The position numbers and the translations under genes were made by a program. From Bacillota bacterium (lineage in GTDB: Bacteria; Bacillota; UBA994; UBA5500): 64,000 nt of DNA. Location of the stretch: assembly GCA_023622465.1 (NCBI GenBank), contig JAMNZE010000011.1, forward strand, positions 1,588 to 65,587. The letters are read 5' to 3'. The notes under the pieces were generated by a model. That model did no database searches and had not been told where the DNA came from. It worked only from the letters and a program-made list of their open reading frames with translations. Shown one piece after another: positions 36,447-46,213 of this stretch. Position 1 is the first letter of the stretch, and the number at the start of each line of letters is the position of its first letter.

Positions 36447-37132
36447 TTCTCGCCTTCCCCCTTATCTGACTCCGTATTTTCTACCAAACGCAATCGCCTT
36501 GTGGTGGGCTCCGAGGCATGTCCACCGCTCATCTTTTCTCGCGCTTCTCCGATCAATTCCGCCAAACCTACAGCTATTAAAGCGGAGAAAACGATGGTAT
36601 CAAAGATGCCTGCTCCACCAATGGTGGTTGTACCCGCCTGACGATGATAGCTGACTTGAAAGGCGTAAATAAGATCGTTCAGGGCTATAGATAAGATGCC
36701 GGCGATGAAAGAAGCTCGGCGCGAACGCCCTAATAAATAGGCCGTTAGACCAGCAATGATGGCAAAAGCATATGTGGGGTCAATGATAATCTCATGGGGT
36801 TCGGCTGGCAAATAAACGGTCGCAGCGTAGACAAGCGCCGTACTGATGAGGGTAGCCCAAAGGGCTCGCCAGCGCTCGCTGCTTTCATCGGCGGTAAACC
36901 ACAGGTAAAAGGCAAAGCCGATGGGCACTAAGCCACCACCCACATTGATGGCCAACCTATTACCTAGTGGTATGTTGGGCAAGTAAGAACCAAGAAACAT
37001 GGCTCCAAGAAATAACAAAGCTGCGCGATCGTTGAGCCGCATACGGTCTAAGAGACGTTGGGCCACTCCGAAATAGACCAAAATGGTAGCAACTATCAGG
37101 ACTATTGAGCCCAGAGGAAGTCTCATCGCCAA
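36443..37132 (-). CDS. polytopic membrane protein (possibly DUF1614)
   Basis: It has 6 or more TM helices and a GGAGIFDTIV motif, and overlaps the spoIIP start in an ATGA arrangement. Confidence 0.35.
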   Translation of the reverse strand: MAMRLPLGSIVLIVATILVYFGVAQRLLDRMRLNDRAALLFLGAMFLGSYLPNIPLGNRLAINVGGGLVPIGFAFYLWFTADESSERWRALWATLISTALVYAATVYLPAEPHEIIIDPTYAFAIIAGLTAYLLGRSRRASFIAGILSIALNDLIYAFQVSYHRQAGTTTIGGAGIFDTIVFSALIAVGLAELIGEAREKMSGGHASEPTTRRLRLVENTESDKGEGEK

Positions 37133-37212
37133 ACACTCCTTTCCATAGCTAGCATTCTTAGTCTTTCCCCGTGAAGCCGAGCTTATGAAAGGAGTGCGTT
37201 TGGCAATGTAAT

Positions 37213-37242
37213 AAAAAAGCGCAGAGTGTACTCACTCTGCGC
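37213..37242 (-). terminator. terminator after ispH-rpsA
   Basis: A gcgcagagtg/cactctgcgc stem is followed by ttttttatt on the minus strand. Confidence 0.75.
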
Positions 37243-37264
37243 TTAATTGCTTCCAGCCAGCTAT

Positions 37265-39433
37265 TTAGTTGTTTTCTGGCTCCTTATCTTCTTGCTGTTC
37301 AAAGAGGTCGCCGAACACATCACCTAATGTGACGCTACCTTCTTCATGATAGTTCTGGCTGCGACCGCCACCCCGTGGGCGACGCTCACCGCCCCCCTGA
37401 TATCTAGGAGCTCTAGGAGCAGCCGGATCACGCATGCTTAGTGAGACGCGGCGTTCTTCCGGGTTAATACTGAGAATGCGAACCTGGACCTCGTCGCCCG
37501 GGTTAACCACATCTTCGGTGCGTTCAACCCTTTCGTTAGACAGCTGGGAGATATGCACTAAACCTTCCACGCCCGGTGTGATTTCTACAAAAGCGCCGAA
37601 AGATACGGTGCGCATAACCTTACCAGGCACCACGTCGCCGGCTTTAAATTGGTTTGCGACTAATGTCCACGGATCGGGTTGGGCTTGTTTTAAGCTAAGG
37701 GAGATGCGCTCCCGCTCCCGGTCTAGGCCTAATACTTTTACTTCAATTTCATCGCCTTCGGACAAGACATCCGATGGATGGTTTACGCGTCCCCAAGACA
37801 GTTCGGAAATATGCACTAGCCCATCCACACCGCCAACATCAACAAAGGCGCCGAAGTCGGTTAGACGCTGCACAGTACCCTTAATAATTTGGCCCTCTTC
37901 CAGGCTTGCCCAGGTAGCTTCGCGGCGAGCAACTTCTTCTTCTTCAATGGCCGCTTTGCGGGAAACAACTAGACGACGGCGATGGTTTTCCATCTCGATA
38001 ATCTTAACATCAACTTCCTGTCCCACATAAGTGCTCAGGTCAGGTACAAAACGTTTATCTACCAGAGAAGCGGGTAAGAAAGCACGTAGATTAAAGAGAT
38101 TTACTATTAAACCACCTTTAACAGCCTCGGTGACTTGGCCACTAACGGTTCTATTCTCAGCAAAAGCTTCTTCTGCCAGTTTCCAGCCCTCTTCCGCGTC
38201 AGCTCGGCGCTTAGAAAGCACCACATTGCCTTCTCGGTTTTCTAGACGTAGCACGACTGCCTTGATTACATCGCCTTCTTTAACTACATCGGCAGGCTGC
38301 ACGTTGGGCAAGTTACTGATTTCGTTAGCCTGGATGATTCCGTCCGACTTATAGCGAATGTCCACGAAGACTTCACTGTCGGTAACGCGGACGACCGTGC
38401 CTTCAACAATTTGGCCGGTACGGATATCAACCATATCTCCAGCCACGTCCTCCATGTTGGTGGGCTCTTCCACCGCTTCGCTTTCCTGCTGCTCGGCGGC
38501 CACCTCTTCGCCCTGGTCGGGAGTTGCGCTTTCAACTTCCTCCGCAGCCGCAGTTAGCTCCTCTTTTTCTAGTGTGCTTTCTTCCATCACTTCGTTTTTG
38601 TTCTCCAAGTTCTCCACAGTAGTGACGACCTCCTTTATAATCCAATCCGGTGTTGAAGCTCCCGCTGTAATACCGACCAACGCACCCGGGCTAAACCAGG
38701 CCGGGTCAATTTCAGCGGCAGTTTCAACATGGTGAGTAGGCGTTCCTATCTCAGAACATAATTGTACCAGATTTCGCGTGTTAGCACTATTATGTCCGCC
38801 CACTACAACCATTATATCTACTTGCTTTGAGAGTTCTATTGCCGCTTGCTGGCGTTCCTTAGTCGCATGACAAATAGTATAACCTACCTGTAAGTCATCT
38901 ACCCGACTACGCAACTCCTGCAATACGGCTTCCCACACATCAAGTTTAGTGGTAGTTTGTGCTACTATAGCCACTCGGTCAGACAAAGGCAGAGCAGCTA
39001 TCTCCTCCGGACCGGTGATCACCAAAGCCAAGCCGCGGGCCCAAGCCTGGGCAGCTTGTACTTCGGGATGGTTGGCATCGCCCACAATCAGCAACTGATA
39101 ACCTTGCTCAATGAAATCGGCTGCTAAACGGAGCAATTTCTTGACATGGGGACAGGTGGCATCGATAACCCGCAGTTGCTTGGCCTCGGCTGCAGCATAA
39201 ACTTCGGGTGCTGCACCGTGGGCCCGTATCAGCAACACAGCTCCATCGGGTATCGCATTGATGTCGGAAACCACCGTCAGTCCCGACTGCTCAAGCCGCA
39301 TCACCTCCTGCGGATTATGCACTAAAGGCCCTAGGGCATAGATCTCTTCTTGGGGCAAAGTGTCCTCGGCAAGTGCGATGGCTCGCTTGACTCCAAAACA
39401 AAATCCACTGGCAGCTGCAATCCGCACCTTCAT
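37265..39433 (-). CDS. ispH: bifunctional 4-hydroxy-3-methylbut-2-enyl diphosphate reductase (IspH) / ribosomal protein S1 fusion
   Basis: The N-terminal IspH/LytB part (about 290 aa) begins MKVRIAAASGFCFGVKRAI and is followed by four S1 RNA-binding repeats and a C-terminal RGG/acidic tail. Confidence 0.85.
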   Translation of the reverse strand: MKVRIAAASGFCFGVKRAIALAEDTLPQEEIYALGPLVHNPQEVMRLEQSGLTVVSDINAIPDGAVLLIRAHGAAPEVYAAAEAKQLRVIDATCPHVKKLLRLAADFIEQGYQLLIVGDANHPEVQAAQAWARGLALVITGPEEIAALPLSDRVAIVAQTTTKLDVWEAVLQELRSRVDDLQVGYTICHATKERQQAAIELSKQVDIMVVVGGHNSANTRNLVQLCSEIGTPTHHVETAAEIDPAWFSPGALVGITAGASTPDWIIKEVVTTVENLENKNEVMEESTLEKEELTAAAEEVESATPDQGEEVAAEQQESEAVEEPTNMEDVAGDMVDIRTGQIVEGTVVRVTDSEVFVDIRYKSDGIIQANEISNLPNVQPADVVKEGDVIKAVVLRLENREGNVVLSKRRADAEEGWKLAEEAFAENRTVSGQVTEAVKGGLIVNLFNLRAFLPASLVDKRFVPDLSTYVGQEVDVKIIEMENHRRRLVVSRKAAIEEEEVARREATWASLEEGQIIKGTVQRLTDFGAFVDVGGVDGLVHISELSWGRVNHPSDVLSEGDEIEVKVLGLDRERERISLSLKQAQPDPWTLVANQFKAGDVVPGKVMRTVSFGAFVEITPGVEGLVHISQLSNERVERTEDVVNPGDEVQVRILSINPEERRVSLSMRDPAAPRAPRYQGGGERRPRGGGRSQNYHEEGSVTLGDVFGDLFEQQEDKEPENN

Positions 39434-39439
39434 CTGCTG

Positions 39440-40081
39440 CTAATTCCCCTCTCTACATTCGTCCAATAAGGCGGTAATTCTTTGCATGATCAGCTCGGTA
39501 CCCTGAGCCCGCTCTTCCGCTGTGGGCTTGCCGGCCATCGCACATTCGATGCGAATTGGTTCACCCACATTAACATGAAAAACACTGCCCAGACGATACC
39601 GACCGTATAAGGCTACTGGCACGATTGGCACTTGGGCCCGGGCCGCTAATAACGCAGTACCCTCGAAACCAGCTTGTACCTCTCCGGTTTTGCTACGAGT
39701 TCCTTCGGGGAAAATGCCTAACACTTGACCTTGAGCGAGCACTTTCAACGCCCGTCGAATAGCTTGAATATCAGCTTTTCCTCGCTTGACAGGAAAAGAG
39801 CCCACATGCCTTGCTAACCATCCCAAAATCGGTGAATGCATCAGTTCTTCTTTTGCCATAAAGCTAACATGCTGGGGCACGATAATAGCCACCATGACTG
39901 GGTCAAGGGCATGAATATGATTTGCTGCTATGATAAAAGGGCCATCTTCAGGTATGTTTTCTAGTCCTCGCGGGCGAAACCGTAGGAGACGGGGGACTAA
40001 CCAAACTAAAATCTGGCGCAAAAAGCGGTAAAGACCCATTTTACTCCCCCAGGTCCAAACAAACCTGTCTGGCATGCCCAA
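39440..40081 (-). CDS. plsC: 1-acyl-sn-glycerol-3-phosphate acyltransferase
   Basis: It has the HX4D motif (ANHIHALDP) and an FPEGTRS block. Confidence 0.8.
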   Translation of the reverse strand: MGMPDRFVWTWGSKMGLYRFLRQILVWLVPRLLRFRPRGLENIPEDGPFIIAANHIHALDPVMVAIIVPQHVSFMAKEELMHSPILGWLARHVGSFPVKRGKADIQAIRRALKVLAQGQVLGIFPEGTRSKTGEVQAGFEGTALLAARAQVPIVPVALYGRYRLGSVFHVNVGEPIRIECAMAGKPTAEERAQGTELIMQRITALLDECREGN

Positions 40082-40724
40082 TGACTAGATCTACAACCTG
40101 TGACAAAGATAGCCCCGTGGTATCAATTACAATCGCATCTTCGGCTATGCAAAGCGGCGAATGCTCGCGTGACGAATCCTTATGATCACGCTCCGCCAAA
40201 GATTGCATCATTTGCGGTAACAGACTCAAGTCCTGGCCAAGCTCCTTCAACCTTCTCACGGCTCGTTCCTCTAGGCTGGCGGTCAGAAAGATCTTCAGCG
40301 GCGCAGTCGGCATGACGGCCGTACCTATGTCACGGCCATCCATGATTACGCCCTTGCCGCTGCCTAAAGCTCTTTGTTTCTGCCGTAATACCCTTCGCAC
40401 TTCCTCATAACTGGCAACTAAAGAGACCTGCTGAGTAACCTCAGGGGAACGAATTGCCGGTGGCAAAGGTTTGCCGTCCATAAAGAGTTCCCGTACCCCT
40501 TCCTGATTACCCCAACTGAATTGGGTGTTTTCTGCCAGCTTGCTAAGGGCATCCACGTCAGTTAGTGGCACCCGTGACTCTAGCGCTTTCCAGGTGATAG
40601 CACGGTACATCGCTCCCGTATCCAGATAGGCGATTCCTAAAGCTTGGGCTACCGCACGTGCCACAGAGCTCTTACCGGCGCCAGCCGGCCCGTCGATAGC
40701 AATATTCAGTTGGCACGGTAGCAA
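40041..40724 (-). CDS. cmk: cytidylate kinase
   Basis: The P-loop is IAIDGPAGAGKSS. A TTG start is inferred; the product call rests on the P-loop and the overall Cmk-like protein. Confidence 0.85.
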   Translation of the reverse strand: MLPCQLNIAIDGPAGAGKSSVARAVAQALGIAYLDTGAMYRAITWKALESRVPLTDVDALSKLAENTQFSWGNQEGVRELFMDGKPLPPAIRSPEVTQQVSLVASYEEVRRVLRQKQRALGSGKGVIMDGRDIGTAVMPTAPLKIFLTASLEERAVRRLKELGQDLSLLPQMMQSLAERDHKDSSREHSPLCIAEDAIVIDTTGLSLSQVVDLVIGHARQVCLDLGE

Positions 40725-40903
40725 AATTCATTCCTCCATTAAGGCAAGTAGTAGGCTATGCATTATTCGACGACAACAAGCACTTTCCTTTTAATTCATG
40801 TTGCTAACGGCGAAAGTTGCATAGCAATCAAACCTATTATACCACAACCTGCTAAACAAGGGGCTGTCAGCGATAACTTCTTAACAGAAATGATCCTCAA
40901 CTA

Positions 40904-41260
40904 TTAGGATGCCCAGTCGGGTCTCAGCCTTTTTGCCTCCCCCAAGTACACATGCTGCACTTCATGAGGAGCATGGGGGCGATCGACAAACATGAGGACA
41001 CGAATAGTCCTAGCTAAAGCCCCAGGCACATCCATTTCTACCGCATCCAGCAAAGCGACTTGTGTCAATCCCAGGCCACGGGCCGCCGCTGCTGGAAAGG
41101 CCGCATTCAAGTCGGGGGTAGCAGTAAAAATAATACTAATAATTTCCTGGGCCTCTAGCCGGTTGGCGGTCATTATCTCCTCTAGCAACAATGCCGCTTG
41201 CTTTAGTATTTCTGTTTTCTCGTTCTTCTCAACGGTTATCGCACCTCTAATTGCCTGCAC
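40904..41260 (-). CDS. aroH: chorismate mutase, AroH class
   Basis: The region VQAIRGAITVEKNEKTEIL matches monofunctional AroH. The start is probably the GTG at 41260, after an AGGAG Shine-Dalgarno; the ORF track allows up to 41296. It overlaps the upstream gene's 3' end. Confidence 0.7.
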   Translation of the reverse strand: MQAIRGAITVEKNEKTEILKQAALLLEEIMTANRLEAQEIISIIFTATPDLNAAFPAAAARGLGLTQVALLDAVEMDVPGALARTIRVLMFVDRPHAPHEVQHVYLGEAKRLRPDWAS

Positions 41261-42173
41261 TGGGTACAGCTCCTTCTGCATTTTCTTCTGATGCAAGTTC
41301 TAAATAATCTAGTAGACGTTCAGCCTGGGTAAAAACATCATGCCAAGCCACCTGGTCGGGTGACCAGGCAACAGGAACCAGTCGGGGCCAATTTTCTGGC
41401 TCCGCCCCACTAATCCGGAACTGCTTTTCCAGTTCGGGAAAAAGCGTTTCCGGAGCCAAAATTACCTGCGGGTTAAGAACAAGAATATCGGCGGGACTTA
41501 GTGTAGGATACCTATTTAACACAGCCGCCGCGTTATCCACACCCACAAGGGCCAGCAAATCATCCTCTAAGGTGTTTCTGCCGGCAATGGTAAACTGTTC
41601 GTCCACTACCCATAGTACGCGCAGCCCAGCCCCTAACGTTTCCTTGGCCCGACTAAGAAACTCGGTCCTATCCTTTTCCAACAATCTTAAGGTCTGGGCT
41701 GCTTGCTGCTCAGCAACTAATACGGTTGCGAGCCTTTCTGGCCAAACCATCAGGCTGTTAAGGCGGTTAAGTCTTACTAGGAGGGCAGGAAAGCCGTAGG
41801 CGCGCAACTCCTTAACCAACGACTCCTGCTGAGCACCAGCTATGACCAAGTCGGGCCGGGTGGCAGCTATCTGGGCAACATTTACTTCCGCCGCCGGTCC
41901 TAAGTTTTCCGCCGCTGGAAATAAAGATGCCAGATTCTCCGCACAAGCAACAACCAAATTTCCCCTTTGCCAGCTGTGCATCAGTTGGCCCATCCCTGGC
42001 TCCAATACTACTACCCGCTGCGGGGGATGCAAAAGCTGGGTTTCTGTATTCGTGTCATCATTAACCACTAATACCTGCGGCCGTTGTTGATACTCGACGG
42101 CCACCACGGCCACTGTTGTTAAGATAAAGAACAAAGCAAGGCCAATTAGCAAAACTCGCTTCCACATAAGCAC
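41247..42173 (-). CDS. ABC-type periplasmic substrate-binding protein (class III, siderophore/cobalamin-like)
   Basis: It has an N-terminal TM/signal and a periplasmic-binding-protein fold pattern. No adjacent permease or ATPase is present. Confidence 0.5.
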   Translation of the reverse strand: MLMWKRVLLIGLALFFILTTVAVVAVEYQQRPQVLVVNDDTNTETQLLHPPQRVVVLEPGMGQLMHSWQRGNLVVACAENLASLFPAAENLGPAAEVNVAQIAATRPDLVIAGAQQESLVKELRAYGFPALLVRLNRLNSLMVWPERLATVLVAEQQAAQTLRLLEKDRTEFLSRAKETLGAGLRVLWVVDEQFTIAGRNTLEDDLLALVGVDNAAAVLNRYPTLSPADILVLNPQVILAPETLFPELEKQFRISGAEPENWPRLVPVAWSPDQVAWHDVFTQAERLLDYLELASEENAEGAVPSAGN

Positions 42174-42178
42174 CCCTA

Positions 42179-42481
42179 CTAATGGCGAGGATTTGCCTGT
42201 ACTGTTCGCACAGCATTGAGCAGAGCGAAAAGGATATCAACCTTAAACTGCTGATTTAGGGCAGATGTACGCACGTAGGCTTCTCCCTGATCACACACTA
42301 CATAACGGGGAGGTAACTGGTTGAGAGCTAAAGCCATGATGTCTAGCAGGCAGCGCTCACAAGTACAAATCCGCTCTATCCCGTGTTTCTCCGGCTTCTC
42401 CAGTATTTCCGCCAAGGTTGACTTGACGACCATTTCCATGGCATTCCTTATCTGCATGGGCTCCCGCCTCTCTTTCTTCAC
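42179..42481 (-). CDS. ComFB-like (late competence development) family protein
   Basis: The 100-aa protein has a CTCERC motif typical of the ComFB domain. Confidence 0.5.
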   Translation of the reverse strand: MKKERREPMQIRNAMEMVVKSTLAEILEKPEKHGIERICTCERCLLDIMALALNQLPPRYVVCDQGEAYVRTSALNQQFKVDILFALLNAVRTVQANPRH

Positions 42482-43197
42482 ATTCCCGCCAGTCGCCTAA
42501 GCTGGTCCACTTCCTTACTCTGTAAAGGGCGCCACTGGCCCACAGGCAAATCACCCAACTTCAATCCACCAAAAGCTACTCGACGCAAATTTATTACCGG
42601 ATGGCCTATGGCAGCACACATGCGCCTCACCTGCCGATTACGGCCTTCATGAATTGTAATAGCCAACCAACTACCCGCTTTGCTTTTCCTAAGTAGGGAA
42701 ACTTGGGCCGGGGCCGTAGGTCCATCCTCCAAAACTAAACCATTAGCCATCCGGGCCAGCTGTTGGTCGGAAGGATACCCCTGCACCAACGCATGGTAGG
42801 TCTTGTCCACCTCAAACTTGGGGTGAGTAAGCGCATAGGTTAACTCCCCATCATTAGTTAACAGCAGTAGACCTTCCGTGTCCATATCCAACCTACCCAC
42901 CGGATAGACCCGTACCGGTAACTGGGGTAGCATGTCTAAAACGGTGGGACGGCCATGGGTATCGGTAACAGTGGTCACCACACCTTTGGGTTTATTCATC
43001 ATAAGGTAAAGAATTTCCTGCTTGGGCACGATTGTCTTTCCCCGCCAAGTGACCTGATCCCGGTGGGGGTCGATCTTACATCCCAACTGGGCCACTTGGC
43101 CATTGACTAGCACCTCACCGTTACGGATCAGCTCCTCGGCTTGCCGCCGCGATGCCACACCGGCCCGAGCTAAATATTTTTGCAGACGCTCTTGCAT
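42478..43197 (-). CDS. rluB: 23S rRNA pseudouridine synthase (RluB/RsuA family)
   Basis: It has an N-terminal S4 domain ([15 protein letters not shown]) and a PsuS catalytic domain. Confidence 0.8.
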   Translation of the reverse strand: MQERLQKYLARAGVASRRQAEELIRNGEVLVNGQVAQLGCKIDPHRDQVTWRGKTIVPKQEILYLMMNKPKGVVTTVTDTHGRPTVLDMLPQLPVRVYPVGRLDMDTEGLLLLTNDGELTYALTHPKFEVDKTYHALVQGYPSDQQLARMANGLVLEDGPTAPAQVSLLRKSKAGSWLAITIHEGRNRQVRRMCAAIGHPVINLRRVAFGGLKLGDLPVGQWRPLQSKEVDQLRRLAGM

Positions 43198-43261
43198 TTT
43201 ACCTCCATCCTAACTACATAAAGAAGGCGGGTCACCGCCCGCCCTTTGGTATAAATCTAAT

Positions 43262-43717
43262 TTACTCAACCTCTACAATCATTTCAACTTCCACCGCAAC
43301 GCCCAGCGGGAGGCTGGACATGCCGACGGCGGCGCGAGCATGCTTGCCCTGTTCCCCAAAGATCTCCTGCAAGAGTTCCGATGCACCATTAATGACCTTG
43401 GGGTGATCGGTAAACTCGGGGGTAGCTGCTACGTAGCCGGTCACTTTAACAACGCGCACAACGCGATCTAAACTGCCGACTAAACTCTTTACCGCCCCCA
43501 GACAGTTGATGGCACACAGACGGGCAGCCCGATAGCCATCTTCCACACCTAGATCTTTACCTAGTGTACCCTTAACCAATTGTCCATTTTCGCTGGGCAG
43601 TTGGCCGGAAACATATACTAAGTTGCCACTTTGCACGGCAGGTATATAGGCAGCCGCCGGGGTCGCCGCTGGGGGAATAGTTAAACCTAGTTCTTTGATT
43701 CTTGCTTCAAATGACAT
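43262..43717 (-). CDS. ridA: RidA family reactive-intermediate deaminase
   Basis: The start was set at the ATG at 43717 (MSFEARIKELG), which has a GGGAGG Shine-Dalgarno, and the protein shows the YjgF/TdcF signature. Confidence 0.85.
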   Translation of the reverse strand: MSFEARIKELGLTIPPAATPAAAYIPAVQSGNLVYVSGQLPSENGQLVKGTLGKDLGVEDGYRAARLCAINCLGAVKSLVGSLDRVVRVVKVTGYVAATPEFTDHPKVINGASELLQEIFGEQGKHARAAVGMSSLPLGVAVEVEMIVEVE

Positions 43718-43784
43718 AAAAGTACCTCCCTTATATTTGAGTCCACTGCACCTATTCTGCCCCAAATAGGGTTTTTCCTGCCAA

Positions 43785-44315
43785 CTAACTTATAAGGATT
43801 TTACAGAGTAACAGGGAGGCCAACATGGCGGTGAAATCGGCAATAAGACCGGCGGAAAGGGAATGGCGAATATTCTTGATCCCCACGGCGCCAAAGTAAA
43901 CGGTGAGAATAAATAGGGTGGTATCGGTGCTACCCTGCATAGTGGACGCTACTAAGCCAATAAAAGAATCGGGGCCATGCCTCCGCAAAACGTCGGCCGT
44001 GACTGCTAGGGCGCCGCTGTTACTCATGGGACGCAATAAGGCTATGGGCAGAGTTTCAACGGGCCAACCCAGGCGTCCTAGAATGGGGGTCAAAAGGTTG
44101 GTTAGTGCATCCATCGCTCCTGAGGCACTTAACACTTCAATGGCTATTAACATGGAAACCAAGAAGGGTAACAACCGCAAGGTTACTTGTAGGCCTTCTT
44201 TAGAGCCCTCTATAAATTCGTCGAAAACGGGCACCTTTTTAACCCATCCGGCCAACAGAACCGATGCCACAAATAGGGGAATCAGCCACGCACTCAGGAC
44301 AGATATGATCGTCAT
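43785..44315 (-). CDS. spmB: spore maturation protein B
   Basis: The start was set at the internal ATG at 44315 (MTIISVLSAWLIPLF), in an ATGA overlap with the spmA stop. It belongs to the Gate/nucleoside-recognition family. Confidence 0.75.
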   Translation of the reverse strand: MTIISVLSAWLIPLFVASVLLAGWVKKVPVFDEFIEGSKEGLQVTLRLLPFLVSMLIAIEVLSASGAMDALTNLLTPILGRLGWPVETLPIALLRPMSNSGALAVTADVLRRHGPDSFIGLVASTMQGSTDTTLFILTVYFGAVGIKNIRHSLSAGLIADFTAMLASLLLCKILIS

Positions 44316-44917
44316 CGGCGCCCACCTCGCTGGCGGCGGGAGCGGTTCAATTTTCGGAAGGTATAGTCGGCGATTAAACCGGCTATGGTGGCTGCCAGTC
44401 CAGCTAACAGGCTCACCGCCACCGTGGCCGTCGGATCTTGGGAACCATAAGCCGCCCGCAAAGCAATGACCGAGGAAGGTATGATGGTCATCCCCGCCGT
44501 GTTGAGCACCAAAAAGGTGCACATGGCATCGGTAGCCGTGTCTTTATCCGGATTGGTCTCTTGCATAGCGTGCATAGCTTTGAGCCCAAAGGGAGTAGCC
44601 GCATTACCTAGGCCTAGCAAATTGGCAGCAAAGTTAAGCGCGATATGCCTTAACGCCTCCGGGTTACGCCGTAGTGAGGGAAACAGGGGGCGCATGAGAG
44701 GAGCTAAGATCCGGGCCAACGTTCCCAACAAACCGGCCCTTTCCGCTACCCGCGCCAGCCCCATCCAGAAACTAAGTACCGCCAGCAGAGCTAAACTGAG
44801 GGTGATAGCCTGTTCCCCACCGCTAACGATAGCATTTGCCACCACTTCGATGCGACCACCGACGGCGGCTGCTAGAATGCCGCCGAGAATCATGACTAAC
44901 CAGACTACATTCATCAT
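44312..44917 (-). CDS. spmA: spore maturation protein A
   Basis: The start was set at the ATG at 44917 (MMNVVWLVMILGG), which overlaps the dacB stop. It belongs to the nucleoside-recognition family. Confidence 0.8.
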   Translation of the reverse strand: MMNVVWLVMILGGILAAAVGGRIEVVANAIVSGGEQAITLSLALLAVLSFWMGLARVAERAGLLGTLARILAPLMRPLFPSLRRNPEALRHIALNFAANLLGLGNAATPFGLKAMHAMQETNPDKDTATDAMCTFLVLNTAGMTIIPSSVIALRAAYGSQDPTATVAVSLLAGLAATIAGLIADYTFRKLNRSRRQRGGRR

Positions 44918-46074
44918 TGACAGCGCCCCCTTAACAAAAGCTGTAGAAAATTCCTCCATATGCCGGGCAGCAAATACTGCGGCACCGCCTGGTCGGCTAC
45001 CAGAGGTATGTGGGCAAGCGTTGTACCTTGCTGGCTTATCTGCAAATGCCCCAAAATTTCACCCTTTTTCAGAGGAGCTTCAATTGGCCCTGGCAACTGC
45101 ACTAAAAAGCACATTTGTAGTTGTTCTCCTCTACCAACGGGCCAAACAAAAACCTCTGCCGCAATGGCACCAACAGCAGTCGGATGCCCTCCCTCGACAG
45201 GAACGGTGCCTATATATTGGCCGGGATAAATTATTGGGATCGGTTTGAAATTGGCAAAGCCATAGTCGAGTAGGGCGGTTGTTTCTCCCCAATCGTCGGG
45301 GCTATTTAGAACCACCGCTACCAAACGCTGCCCTCCTCGATTGGCCGAAGCTACTAAACAATGGCCGGCAGCCCGGGTCCAACCGGTTTTTACTCCATCA
45401 GCTCCTGGATAAATTTCCAACATGCGGTTTTTGTTATACCAGACACGAGGAGTGTTCGTCTGTCGGTTAAGAATAGAGAAGCGGGTGGTAGAAACAATAG
45501 CGGTAAACTGGCGGTTGCGTAAGGCGTAGGCGCTGAGCTTGGCTAAATCGAGGGCAGTCGTATAATGGTCCGGGTCGGGCAAGCCATGGGGATTCTTAAA
45601 ATTGGTGTTAGCCATACCCAGTTCTTTGGCTTTTTCATTCATCTTTTCGGCAAAGGCACTCACACTACCCGCCAAATGCTCGGCAATGGCACAGGCCGCA
45701 TCATTCCCCGACCGGAGCATTAGTCCATAGACCAGATGTAACAAGGATATTTGCTCTCCCGCTTCCAACCAAATTGAAGATGGCTCCACCTGGACCGCTT
45801 TACTGCTGACGGTTACCAGTTCATCTAATTTCCCCGATTCGATAGCCAAAATAGCAGTCATTATCTTCGTGGTGCTGGCCATCGGCAATCTTTCTTCCTC
45901 ATTTTTACCAAAGAGCAGACGCCCGCTATTCACGTCCATCAAGGCGGCTCCCTTGGCGCCGACGGTAGGAGGTTTGGCGCTAAAGACCGCCGCTGCGTCC
46001 ATTGAGGCTCTGGCTGGAATTGAGCTAGTGACTAATATCAATACCAAAAATAAAACAACAAAAGGTCTGCGCAA
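44914..46074 (-). CDS. dacB: D-alanyl-D-alanine carboxypeptidase (S11), sporulation-specific DacB-like
   Basis: Conserved synteny with spmA-spmB supports the call. The start was set at the TTG at about 46074, giving signal peptide MRRPFVVLFLVLILVTSSIPARA after a GGAGGG Shine-Dalgarno. SxxK is present at ASTTK. Confidence 0.8.
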   Translation of the reverse strand: MRRPFVVLFLVLILVTSSIPARASMDAAAVFSAKPPTVGAKGAALMDVNSGRLLFGKNEEERLPMASTTKIMTAILAIESGKLDELVTVSSKAVQVEPSSIWLEAGEQISLLHLVYGLMLRSGNDAACAIAEHLAGSVSAFAEKMNEKAKELGMANTNFKNPHGLPDPDHYTTALDLAKLSAYALRNRQFTAIVSTTRFSILNRQTNTPRVWYNKNRMLEIYPGADGVKTGWTRAAGHCLVASANRGGQRLVAVVLNSPDDWGETTALLDYGFANFKPIPIIYPGQYIGTVPVEGGHPTAVGAIAAEVFVWPVGRGEQLQMCFLVQLPGPIEAPLKKGEILGHLQISQQGTTLAHIPLVADQAVPQYLLPGIWRNFLQLLLRGRCQ

Positions 46075-46155
46075 CCATCTCCCTCCCTCTCCTGATCCCT
46101 GTCTCTTTAATGTATATGGACTAGCCAATGGGCCTAGACCGGCTCCAATGCACAC

Positions 46156-46189
46156 AAAAAGCCCTCTATCGCTGAATGGATAGAGGGCT
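46156..46189 (-). terminator. terminator after ytfJ
   Basis: An agccctctatc/gatagagggct stem is followed by tttttgtgtg on the minus strand. Confidence 0.7.
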
Positions 46190-46213
46190 AATCAAAGTAG
46201 CGGTTGTTTAGTT

